Shown here piece by piece: positions 38,041 through 45,058 of a DNA stretch of 45,058 nt (the stretch's first letter is position 1; every line of letters begins with the position of its first letter). A program made the translations under genes and the position numbers. The notes beneath the pieces were generated by a model. It did no database searches, was not told where the DNA came from, and saw nothing but the letters and a program-made list of their open reading frames with translations. The stretch is taken from the NCBI GenBank assembly GCA_902793555.1, contig CADBEF010000002.1, positions 1 to 45,058 of the forward strand, in the 5' to 3' direction. The stretch is from an uncultured bacterium. GTDB lineage: Bacteria; Verrucomicrobiota; Kiritimatiellia; RFP12; UBA3636.

Positions 38041-39627
38041 CTACTTGATCGTCTCGGCGCCGAGCGCCGTGGACTGGCGCACGAGCGTCGTCTTCTCGTA
38101 GCACGCGAACGCGCCCTCGACGAGGTCGCGGCGCGGCTTCGGCGTGAAGAGCGAGACGACCGGGACGATGACGAGGCCCGCGAGCATCGCGATCGCGCCG
38201 GAGTGGATCGGGGTCATCGCCGTGCCGGGCCAGAGCACGGGCTTCCAGCCGAACGCGTTCGCCGTCGTGAGGCAGACCGCGAAGACGAAGCACGCCCAGC
38301 ACGAGGCGGTCGTCACGCGTTTGCTGTACAGCGCGTAGAGGAACGGCGCGAGGAAGGAGCCGGCCATCGCGCCCCACGAGACGCCCATCATCTGCGCGAT
38401 GAAGGCGATCGGGCTCGTGCTGTTGTACTGCACGAGCGCGAGGGCCGCGCTGATCGCGATGAAGACGACGAGGAGGACGCGGATGCAGAGCACCTGCGAC
38501 TTCGGCTTCATGTCCTTCACGACCGTGCCGCGGATGAAGTCGATCGTGAGCGTCGAGCTCGACGTGATGACGAGCGAGGAGAGCGTCGACATCGACGCGG
38601 AGAGGACGAGCACCACCACCAGCGCCATCAGCAGGCCGTCCGTCGAGATCGCCGCCCGGAGCATCTCCGGGATGACCGAGTCGAAGCCCTGCGCGGGATT
38701 GCCGTTCGGGGCGAGGCCGATCTCGGCCGAGAAGAGGCGGCCGAATCCGCCGAGGAAGTAGCAGCCGCCGGCGATCGCGAACGCGAAGAGCGTCGAGATG
38801 AGCGTGCCCTTCTTGATCGAGCCCTCGTTCTTGATCGCATAGAACTTCTGCACCATCTGCGGCAGGCCCCACGTGCCGAGCGACGTGAGGACCACGACGA
38901 AGAGCAGGTTGAGCGGGTCGGGCCCGAGGAACGACGTGAAGATGCCCGGCGAGGGCCCGGCGCCCGGGACGATCTCCGGTCCGGGCACGCGCGCGAGGCC
39001 GTCCATCGCGGCCATCAGACCGCCCTTGCTCGCGAGCACGGCGAGGATGATCGCCGCGATGCCGAAGAGCATCACGACGCCCTGGATGAAGTCGTTGATG
39101 GCGGTCGCGAGGTAGCCGCCCGCGATCACGTAGACGGCGGTGAGGACGGCCATCACGACGATGCAGGCCGAGTAGGAGAAGCCCGGGAACGCCATCGAGA
39201 AGAGTCGCGAGAGGCCGTTGTAGAGCGAGGCCGTGTAGGGGATGAGGAAGACGAAGATGATCGCGGAGGCGGCGAGCTTGAGCGAGGGGGAGCCGAAGCG
39301 CTTGGCGAAAAAGTCGGGCATCGTCGCGGAATCGAGGTGCTGCGTCATGATGCGCGTGCGGCGGCCGAGGACGGCCCACGCGAGGAGCGAGCCGACGAGC
39401 GCGTTGCCGATGCCGGCCCAGGTCGCGCTGATGCCGTAGCGCCAGCCGAACTGGCCGGCGTAGCCGACGAACACGACGGCGGAGAAGTAGCTCGTGCCGT
39501 AGGCGAAGGCGGTGAGCCAGGGGCCGACGGTGCGGCCGCCGAGGACGAAGCCGTCGACGCTGGCGGCCTTGCGGCGGCACCAGAAGCCGATGGCGATCAG
39601 GTAGGCGAGGAGGAGCGCGATTTTCAT
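38041..39627 (-). CDS. Sodium:solute symporter family protein
   Basis: FVLGGR.VGPWLTAFAYGTSYFSAV, GTWGLPQMVQKFY, SASMSTLSS. Confidence 0.9.
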   Translation of the reverse strand: MKIALLLAYLIAIGFWCRRKAASVDGFVLGGRTVGPWLTAFAYGTSYFSAVVFVGYAGQFGWRYGISATWAGIGNALVGSLLAWAVLGRRTRIMTQHLDSATMPDFFAKRFGSPSLKLAASAIIFVFLIPYTASLYNGLSRLFSMAFPGFSYSACIVVMAVLTAVYVIAGGYLATAINDFIQGVVMLFGIAAIILAVLASKGGLMAAMDGLARVPGPEIVPGAGPSPGIFTSFLGPDPLNLLFVVVLTSLGTWGLPQMVQKFYAIKNEGSIKKGTLISTLFAFAIAGGCYFLGGFGRLFSAEIGLAPNGNPAQGFDSVIPEMLRAAISTDGLLMALVVVLVLSASMSTLSSLVITSSSTLTIDFIRGTVVKDMKPKSQVLCIRVLLVVFIAISAALALVQYNSTSPIAFIAQMMGVSWGAMAGSFLAPFLYALYSKRVTTASCWACFVFAVCLTTANAFGWKPVLWPGTAMTPIHSGAIAMLAGLVIVPVVSLFTPKPRRDLVEGAFACYEKTTLVRQSTALGAETIK

Positions 39628-39663
39628 GGTCGGAAGGTCGGCGAGTCGGAAGATCGGAAAGTC
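39628..39663. repeat. Degenerate 8-bp tandem array abutting the symporter start codon
   Basis: GGTCGGAA GGTCGGCG AGTCGGAA GATCGGAA AGTC. Confidence 0.85.
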
Positions 39664-39678
39664 AATTCGGCATGCGAA

Positions 39679-40137
39679 TCAGGCCTGCACGCCGGCGAGG
39701 AGGGGCTGGTTGTGGGCGTAGAGGGCGTCGTTCACGGCGAGCAGGTCGTGGACGCCGCGGTCGAGGAAGAAGCGGACGATGAGGTCGCCGACGTTCGCCC
39801 GCGAGAGCGAGTAGCCGGCCGAACCGAGAAGCGCCTCGGCCTGGACGCGGTCGAGGCCGAGGACGAACGCGAGCGCGACGGCGACTTCCTTTTTCGGGAC
39901 TTCGCCGCTGCGGATGCGGCTGAACGTGCTCTTGGAGATGCCGGCGCGGGAATAGACGTCCACGTCCGCAAGGCCGCTGCGGCGGATCGCGTCGAAAATC
40001 CGGTCGCGGAAACTGCGTTGCGCGCAGTCGTGCAGATAGGCCGCGAGCGCGGCCTCTTCCGGCGGCTCTTTCGAGCCTTCGCGCCGGAGGTACTCGTCGA
40101 GTTCCTCCCGGAGCCGGTCGGAGAGGGGGCGCGGCAT
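39679..40137 (-). CDS. Hypothetical XRE-like HTH protein
   Basis: DVDVYSRAGISKSTFSRIRSG..PKKE.AVALAF.LGL....LL.SAGYSLS pattern. Confidence 0.75.
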   Translation of the reverse strand: MPRPLSDRLREELDEYLRREGSKEPPEEAALAAYLHDCAQRSFRDRIFDAIRRSGLADVDVYSRAGISKSTFSRIRSGEVPKKEVAVALAFVLGLDRVQAEALLGSAGYSLSRANVGDLIVRFFLDRGVHDLLAVNDALYAHNQPLLAGVQA

Positions 40138-40143
40138 GGCCGG

Positions 40144-41166
40144 TTAGGCGTCCTTGTAGCCGTTCGGGTTCTTCGACTGCCAGTTCCAGGCGTCGCGGCA
40201 CATGTCGTCGGAGTCGCGCTTCGTCTTCCAGCCGAGGAGCTGCAGCGCCTTCGAGGCGTCCGCGTAGCAGGCCGCGGCGTCGCCGGGGCGGCGCGGACCG
40301 AACCGGTGCGGGAGCGGGCGGCCGATCGCCTTCTCGAACGAGGCGACGAGCTGCGCGACGGAGACGCCCGAGCCGGAGCCGAGGTTGATCGCGGTGCAGC
40401 CGGGGAGGTCCGAGACCTTTGCGAGCGCCGCGACGTGGCCCTCCGCCAGGTCGCACACGTGGATGTAGTCGCGGACGCCGGTGCCGTCGGGCGTCGGGTA
40501 GTCGTTCCCGAAGATCGTGAGCTCCTTGAGGCGGCCGACCGCGACCTGCGTGATGTAGGGCATCAGGTTGTTCGGGATGCCGGCGGGGTCCTCGCCCATC
40601 AGGCCGCTCTCGTGCGCGCCGACGGGGTTGAAGTAGCGCAGCAGCAGGAAGTGCCACGCCGGGTCGGCGGCGGCCATCGCGCGCATGATCTCCTCGAGCC
40701 AGAGCTTCGTCGCGCCGTAGGGATTGAGGGCGGAAAGGGGCGCGGTCTCCTTCAGCGGGAGATTCGCCGGGTCGGGGTTGCCGTAGACCGTCGCCGAGGA
40801 GGAGAAGATGAAGTTGCGGACCTCGTGCTTCCGGAGCTCGTCCAGGAGGACGAGCGTCCCGGCGACGTTGTTCTGGTAGTACTCCCAGGGCTTCGCGACG
40901 GACTCGCCGACGGCCTTGTAGCCGGCGAAGTGGATGACGGCGTCGAACTTCTCCGAGTCGAGGACGGAGCGGACGACGGAGCGGTCGCCGATGTCGCCCA
41001 CGACGAGGCGCGGGCGCTTCCCGCTGATCTTCTCGACGCGGTTCAGGGACTCGGGCGAGCTGTTCGACAGGTTGTCGAGGACCGTGATCGTGTGGCCCGC
41101 GGCATAGGCCGCGACGCAGGTGTGGCTGCCGATGTATCCGGCGCCGCCGGTGACGAGGATGTTCAT
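40144..41166 (-). CDS. galE: UDP-glucose 4-epimerase
   Basis: VTGGAGYIGSHT, FAGYKAVGESV, SSSATVYG, YGATK, RYFNPVGAH, DGTGVRDYIHV. Confidence 0.97.
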   Translation of the reverse strand: MNILVTGGAGYIGSHTCVAAYAAGHTITVLDNLSNSSPESLNRVEKISGKRPRLVVGDIGDRSVVRSVLDSEKFDAVIHFAGYKAVGESVAKPWEYYQNNVAGTLVLLDELRKHEVRNFIFSSSATVYGNPDPANLPLKETAPLSALNPYGATKLWLEEIMRAMAAADPAWHFLLLRYFNPVGAHESGLMGEDPAGIPNNLMPYITQVAVGRLKELTIFGNDYPTPDGTGVRDYIHVCDLAEGHVAALAKVSDLPGCTAINLGSGSGVSVAQLVASFEKAIGRPLPHRFGPRRPGDAAACYADASKALQLLGWKTKRDSDDMCRDAWNWQSKNPNGYKDA

Positions 41167-41284
41167 GGTTGGGGGCGCGGAATGGGTCCGCGGACGGCCG
41201 GAATGCTAGCACATCCGTTCCCGAATGTCACGCGCGGCGCGGCGCTTTGCTTTTCAGCCCGTTTCTGGTAGCATTCCCCCCGCC

Positions 41285-41977
41285 ATGAGCGCCGACCGGC
41301 TCCTCGATTTCCGCTTCGCGGTTTCCAACACCGAAATCCTCGTCCCGCCGTCCGGGACGCTGGAGACGTTCGGGAACACCATTCTCGGCTACGTGCTCGT
41401 GTGCGAGACGATGGACAACGTCGACCGCTGCCGGATCCGCACGGGGCGCATGAAACTCGCGCGCCCGCAGATCGTCACGCCCGCGGCGTACTCGGAAATG
41501 CTGCTGGAGGGCTTCGGCGAAGAGGCTCGCAAGTACGCGAAGTGGCTCGCCGAGAACGAGGATTCCGTCCGGATCCTGCGCTACGGCTACACGTTGCGGC
41601 GCGAGTCGTTCAGTGAGGAGACGGTGGGGCGCCCGCTTGCGGAGGTCGAGGCGGAGGCGAGGCGCGACGTCGAATCGCGCGCCGATCCCTACCTGGCTCT
41701 CGTCCGCGGCGTGGACGAGCCGTGGGACGTGTGCCTCGTGCGGCTCTTCTGGGAGGTCGTGTCGAAGTCGGCGCGGAAGAACGTCGCGGAAATGGCCGAG
41801 CGGCGGATGTTCGACCGCAAGGACGCCCTCGGGCCGGAGGTCCGCGGGGAGATCGAGCGGGCCTTCGCGGCCGCGGAGCGCGATCCGTCGCTCGTGAAGG
41901 AGCTCGGCGCGCTGCTGCAGCGGCGCGGCGCCTTCGAAGCGTACGAGGAACGGTTTTTCGCGTTGATCCGCCGGTAG
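41285..41977 (+). CDS. Conserved hypothetical protein
   Basis: Normal amino-acid composition and codon bias. Preceded by TTGCTT-16 nt-TAGCAT, 10 nt before the ATG. Confidence 0.75.
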   Translation: MSADRLLDFRFAVSNTEILVPPSGTLETFGNTILGYVLVCETMDNVDRCRIRTGRMKLARPQIVTPAAYSEMLLEGFGEEARKYAKWLAENEDSVRILRYGYTLRRESFSEETVGRPLAEVEAEARRDVESRADPYLALVRGVDEPWDVCLVRLFWEVVSKSARKNVAEMAERRMFDRKDALGPEVRGEIERAFAAAERDPSLVKELGALLQRRGAFEAYEERFFALIRR

Positions 41978-41990
41978 CGCGCCGCGGCCG

Positions 41991-42497
41991 TTACCGCTTC
42001 GTCCAGACGGTTACCGAAACGTTCTTGCGGCGGCCCCACTTGCGCGCTTCGCGTTCGGAGGGGAACCACAGGTCCAGCCGGTGGGGGCCCTTGATGTCGC
42101 CGCCGCGGTCCTCGACCGTCGCGTAGCCGTAGCCGGGGACGTGCAGGACCGTGCCGAACGGGTAGTAGTCCGTGTCGGCCGCCGCGGTGCCGTGCTTCGC
42201 GCGCGAGCCGCTCGCGGTGACGCCGACGGCCTTGGGCTTTCCCTTGTTCGGGCCGCTCGCGACCACCGGCTTTCCGTGCCGGTCGTACGTCCAGTTGCAG
42301 GACTTCTGGCCGGAGTCGTAGCCGGTGACTTCCATTTTCACCGTGCGTCCGGACATGCCGTCGCGCGAGGGGACGCCGTACACGCGGCATCCCTCCATCG
42401 CCGCGAACGAGACGAGGACCGCCGCGAGCGCGGCGACCGACAGCGCCCGCTGGGCGAGGGCGTTCACGGCGGAAATCGCGGAACCGGTGCTTCCCAT
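41991..42497 (-). CDS. 3D-domain (MltA/YocH-like) exported protein
   Basis: VTGYD..., GVTASG, AAADT..YPFGT.LHVPGYG...VEDRGGDIKG..RLDLWF; N-terminal hydrophobic segment. Confidence 0.88.
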   Translation of the reverse strand: MGSTGSAISAVNALAQRALSVAALAAVLVSFAAMEGCRVYGVPSRDGMSGRTVKMEVTGYDSGQKSCNWTYDRHGKPVVASGPNKGKPKAVGVTASGSRAKHGTAAADTDYYPFGTVLHVPGYGYATVEDRGGDIKGPHRLDLWFPSEREARKWGRRKNVSVTVWTKR

Positions 42498-42505
42498 GGC
42501 GGCGG

Positions 42506-42573
42506 ATGTTACCAAAACCGCTCTCGCGAATCAACCGGCGCCGGTTGATTCGGGGGCGGGGATTTGGTAGGAT
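42506..42573. promoter_or_regulatory. Mirror-symmetric divergent sigma70 promoters with a 26-bp perfect palindrome (42527-42552)
   Basis: Plus strand TTGATT-17-TAGGAT-8-ATG; minus strand TTGATT-17-TAACAT-8-ATG; CGAATCAACCGGCGCCGGTTGATTCG. Confidence 0.8.
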
Positions 42574-42581
42574 GGCGCGCC

Positions 42582-44009
42582 ATGAAACCACGCGCGCAGG
42601 GATTGCGGCAGATGTCGCTGCTGGACGGTGCCGCGGCGCCCGCCGGGGGCGGCGCCGAGCCGGCGTTCGACCCGTCGCAGCCGCTCGCGAGCCGCATGCG
42701 GCCGGAGTCGCTCGAGGAGGTCGTCGGGCAGCGGCAGCTGCTCGGCGAGGGCAAGGCGCTGCGGCGGATGATCGAGGAGGACCGCGTCCCGTCGATGATC
42801 CTCTGGGGGCCGCCGGGCGTCGGCAAGACGACGCTCGCCAACGTGATCGCGAGGAGCACCAAGGCCGAGTTCGTCCCCTACAGCGCCGTCACGAGCGGCA
42901 TCAAGGAGCTCAAGGACCTCATGGCCCGCGCCGAGCAGGCGCGGCGGCTCGGGATCCGCACGGTGCTGTTCGTGGACGAGATCCACCGCTTCAACAAGGC
43001 GCAGCAGGACGCGTTCCTGCCGTACGTCGAGCAGGGCAGCGTGACGCTGATCGGCGCGACGACCGAGAACCCGAGCTTCGAGGTCAATTCCGCGCTGCTT
43101 TCGCGCTGCAAGGTGTTCGTGCTGGAGTCGCTCTCGGAGGACGACGTGGCGGCGCTGCTGCGGCGCGCGCTGGAGAGCCCGAAGGGGTTCGGCGGCGTGC
43201 CGATCCGCGCGGACGACGCGACGCTGCGCCGCATCGCCGTGAACGCGAACGGCGACGCGCGCCTCTCGCTCAACACGCTCGAGGCGGCGGTCGCCAACGC
43301 GCGGGTCGACGACGAGGGCGTGCGCGTGGTGGACGAGGCGGTGCTGGCGGATCTCGTGGACCGCAAGGCGCTGCTCTACGACAAGGGCGGCGAGGAGCAC
43401 TACAACGTCATCTCGGCGCTGCACAAGTCGATGCGCAACTCCGACCCGGACGCGGCGCTCTACTGGCTCGCCCGGATGCTCGAGGCGGGCGAGGACCCGC
43501 TCTACGTGGCGCGGCGGTGCATCCGGTTCGCGAGCGAGGACGTGGGGCTCGCGGACCCGAACGCGCTGCTGCTCGCCAACGCCGCGTGGGAGGCATGCCA
43601 CAACATCGGCATGCCGGAGTGCAACTGCGCGCTCGCGCAGGTCGTCACGTACCTGTCGCTCGCGCCGAAGTCCAACGCGATGGAGGCGGCGTACCTGGCC
43701 GCCGCGCGGGACGCGCAGGAGCGCATGGCCGAGCCGGTGCCGCTGCAGATCCGCAACGCGCCGACGCGGCTCATGAAGGAGCTCGACTACGGCAAGGGCT
43801 ACACCTACGCGCACGACACGGACGAGAAGATCGCGCGCATGTCGTGCCTGCCGGACTCGCTCGCCGGGCGGCGCTACTACGAGCCGGCCGGGCTCGGCGC
43901 CGAGGCGCGCATGAAGGCGCGTCTCGAGGCGGTGCGCGATTGGCGCGAGGGCCGGACGGAGACGCCGCCGTTCTCGACGCCCGCTTTCGGCGCACCCCCG
44001 CGGCCGTAG
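42582..44009 (+). CDS. rarA: Replication-associated recombination protein A (MgsA/RarA AAA+ ATPase)
   Basis: PLASRMRP, WGPPGVGKTT, DEIHRFNKAQQD, GATTENPSF, SALHKSMRNSDPDA, ASEDVGLAD. Confidence 0.96.
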   Translation: MKPRAQGLRQMSLLDGAAAPAGGGAEPAFDPSQPLASRMRPESLEEVVGQRQLLGEGKALRRMIEEDRVPSMILWGPPGVGKTTLANVIARSTKAEFVPYSAVTSGIKELKDLMARAEQARRLGIRTVLFVDEIHRFNKAQQDAFLPYVEQGSVTLIGATTENPSFEVNSALLSRCKVFVLESLSEDDVAALLRRALESPKGFGGVPIRADDATLRRIAVNANGDARLSLNTLEAAVANARVDDEGVRVVDEAVLADLVDRKALLYDKGGEEHYNVISALHKSMRNSDPDAALYWLARMLEAGEDPLYVARRCIRFASEDVGLADPNALLLANAAWEACHNIGMPECNCALAQVVTYLSLAPKSNAMEAAYLAAARDAQERMAEPVPLQIRNAPTRLMKELDYGKGYTYAHDTDEKIARMSCLPDSLAGRRYYEPAGLGAEARMKARLEAVRDWREGRTETPPFSTPAFGAPPRP

Positions 44010-44027
44010 TGATTTCAGACATTTCCA

Positions 44028-45058
44028 TTGAAGAGTTTCATTGTCAGTCTCGTCTTTCTGTTCGCTGCGGCTTCCGCTTTCGCCGCCGCGGCGCCGGCGG
44101 ACTTCCCCACGAACGCGCCGCCGAACGCGGGGCTGTGGCAGACGCGGCTGGCGGGCGAATGGAACAAGACCAACCCGATCGCGACCACCGAGGCCGCCGG
44201 CGCGTGCCGCCTGCCCGGCCCGGCGATGGCGCATTTGCGCGAGGATCGGGACTTCCGCTGGGGCGGCCACGCCTTCCGCTGGAAGAACTTCGAGACCTGG
44301 GCCTACGCGGGCTACCTGTTCATGACCGGCGGCGTGCAGTACGTCTTCGGCAAGTACTTCGACGACAGCTGCCTGCTCCGCCTCGACGGCCGCACGGTGA
44401 TCGAGCACGATTTCTGGAACGAGTTCGCGACCGGCACGTTCGTCCCCGAGGAGACGGGCTGGCACGCGATCGAGATCCGCCTCGGCAACCGCGACGGAAA
44501 CGCCGGCCCCTACGGCGAATGGAACGGCGCGGGCTTCGGTCTCGCCTTCAACACGGCCGGCGTGAAGTCCCCGAGGCCGACCTCCGCCTGGACGCCCCTT
44601 CGCGACGACACGGGCGCGCTCCTGCGGACCGCCCCCGACGACTGGGTTCCGCCGCCGCTTCCTCCGCCGGATCCCGCCGCGCTCGCCGCGATGATCCCCG
44701 GCCAGCTTGCGCTCGGCGGCGACGACGTCTACCGCGTCGGCCGCGACATCGTGCACGTCTTCCGCACGGGCGGCGTCTTCCGCGCGCTCGTCCCGCTGGA
44801 GGCGCGCGTCCTCGCCGTGGGCGGCGGCGGCATGGGCGGTGCGGAGATCGGCGGCGGGGGCGGCGGCGGCGCGGTCGTCGAGCGAACCGTCGCGCTCCGG
44901 ACGAACGACCTCTACCGCGTCACCGTCGGCGCTGGCGCCCGGCGCAACCCGAAGGACGCCTGGGTGGTCTGCAGTGGCGGCGACACGCTCTTCGGCGGCG
45001 TCGTCGCGGCCGGCGGCGGCGGCGGCGGCAGCTGGCGCAACGGGGCCGGCGGCGCGGG
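44028..45058 (+). CDS. Secreted modular protein (PA14-like domain + glycine-rich domain), truncated by the window end; absent from the ORF track
   Basis: TTG start after an in-frame TGA at 44010. MKSFIVSLVFLFAAASAFA signal peptide; FDDSCLLRLDG..GWHAIEIR; VHVF..VLAVGGGGMGG..GGGGGG..VTVGAG. No stop found in the portion I translated. Confidence 0.8.
   Translation, partial: MKSFIVSLVFLFAAASAFAAAAPADFPTNAPPNAGLWQTRLAGEWNKTNPIATTEAAGACRLPGPAMAHLREDRDFRWGGHAFRWKNFETWAYAGYLFMTGGVQYVFGKYFDDSCLLRLDGRTVIEHDFWNEFATGTFVPEETGWHAIEIRLGNRDGNAGPYGEWNGAGFGLAFNTAGVKSPRPTSAWTPLRDDTGALLRTAPDDWVPPPLPPPDPAALAAMIPGQLALGGDDVYRVGRDIVHVFRTGGVFRALVPLEARVLAVGGGGMGGAEIGGGGGGGAVVERTVALRTNDLYRVTVGAGARRNPKDAWVVCSGGDTLFGGVVAAGGGGGGSWRNGAGGA

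Noticed and set aside
1-44009. TAG recoding (readthrough or pyrrolysine) to explain TAG abundance
   Set aside because: TAGs fall at the expected C-termini of conserved proteins (RfbA, FolE, PurD, EpmA), and none interrupts a conserved domain.
496-44756. Many very long ORFs in the track (e.g. 605-5074, 6420-10217, 33555-36866, 36877-41271, 42531-44756)
   Set aside because: Arg/Ala/Pro-rich shadow or antisense frames of well-supported genes, expected at this GC content; no recognisable motifs.

Overview
A GC-rich, gene-dense bacterial chromosomal segment. Protein families and C-terminal motifs suggest a PVC-superphylum organism, possibly Kiritimatiellae; this is inference only. It holds about 34 protein genes and tRNA-Lys(UUU). 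Most are housekeeping: parC-type topoisomerase A, rfbA, rfbB, aroQ, rhaB, uvrB, epmA, a stand-alone PurH IMP-cyclohydrolase half, a SurA-like PPIase, riboflavin synthase, folE, a fused glycogen debranching enzyme, two Na+/solute symporters, purD, an algI/algJ-like pair, galE and rarA. Five things stand out. (1) A 6.2-kb integrase-less island sits in the 3' end of epmA, bounded by a 108-bp direct repeat (101/108 identical). It carries an ECF sigma factor, a membrane Ser/Thr kinase whose beta-3 catalytic Lys is replaced by Arg, and a divergent 1099-aa membrane/coiled-coil protein. (2) A dispersed family of degenerate 7-9-bp tandem micro-arrays abuts start codons or forms inverted in-frame inserts inside the debranching gene. 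(3) At least seven genes have a -10 box 7-8 nt before the ATG, i.e. apparent leaderless mRNAs, and the tRNA ends 4 nt before the aroQ ATG. (4) A perfect 26-bp palindrome is built from two back-to-back -35 boxes upstream of rarA. (5) TAG is the dominant stop codon. Most long ORFs in the supplied track are high-GC shadow frames.
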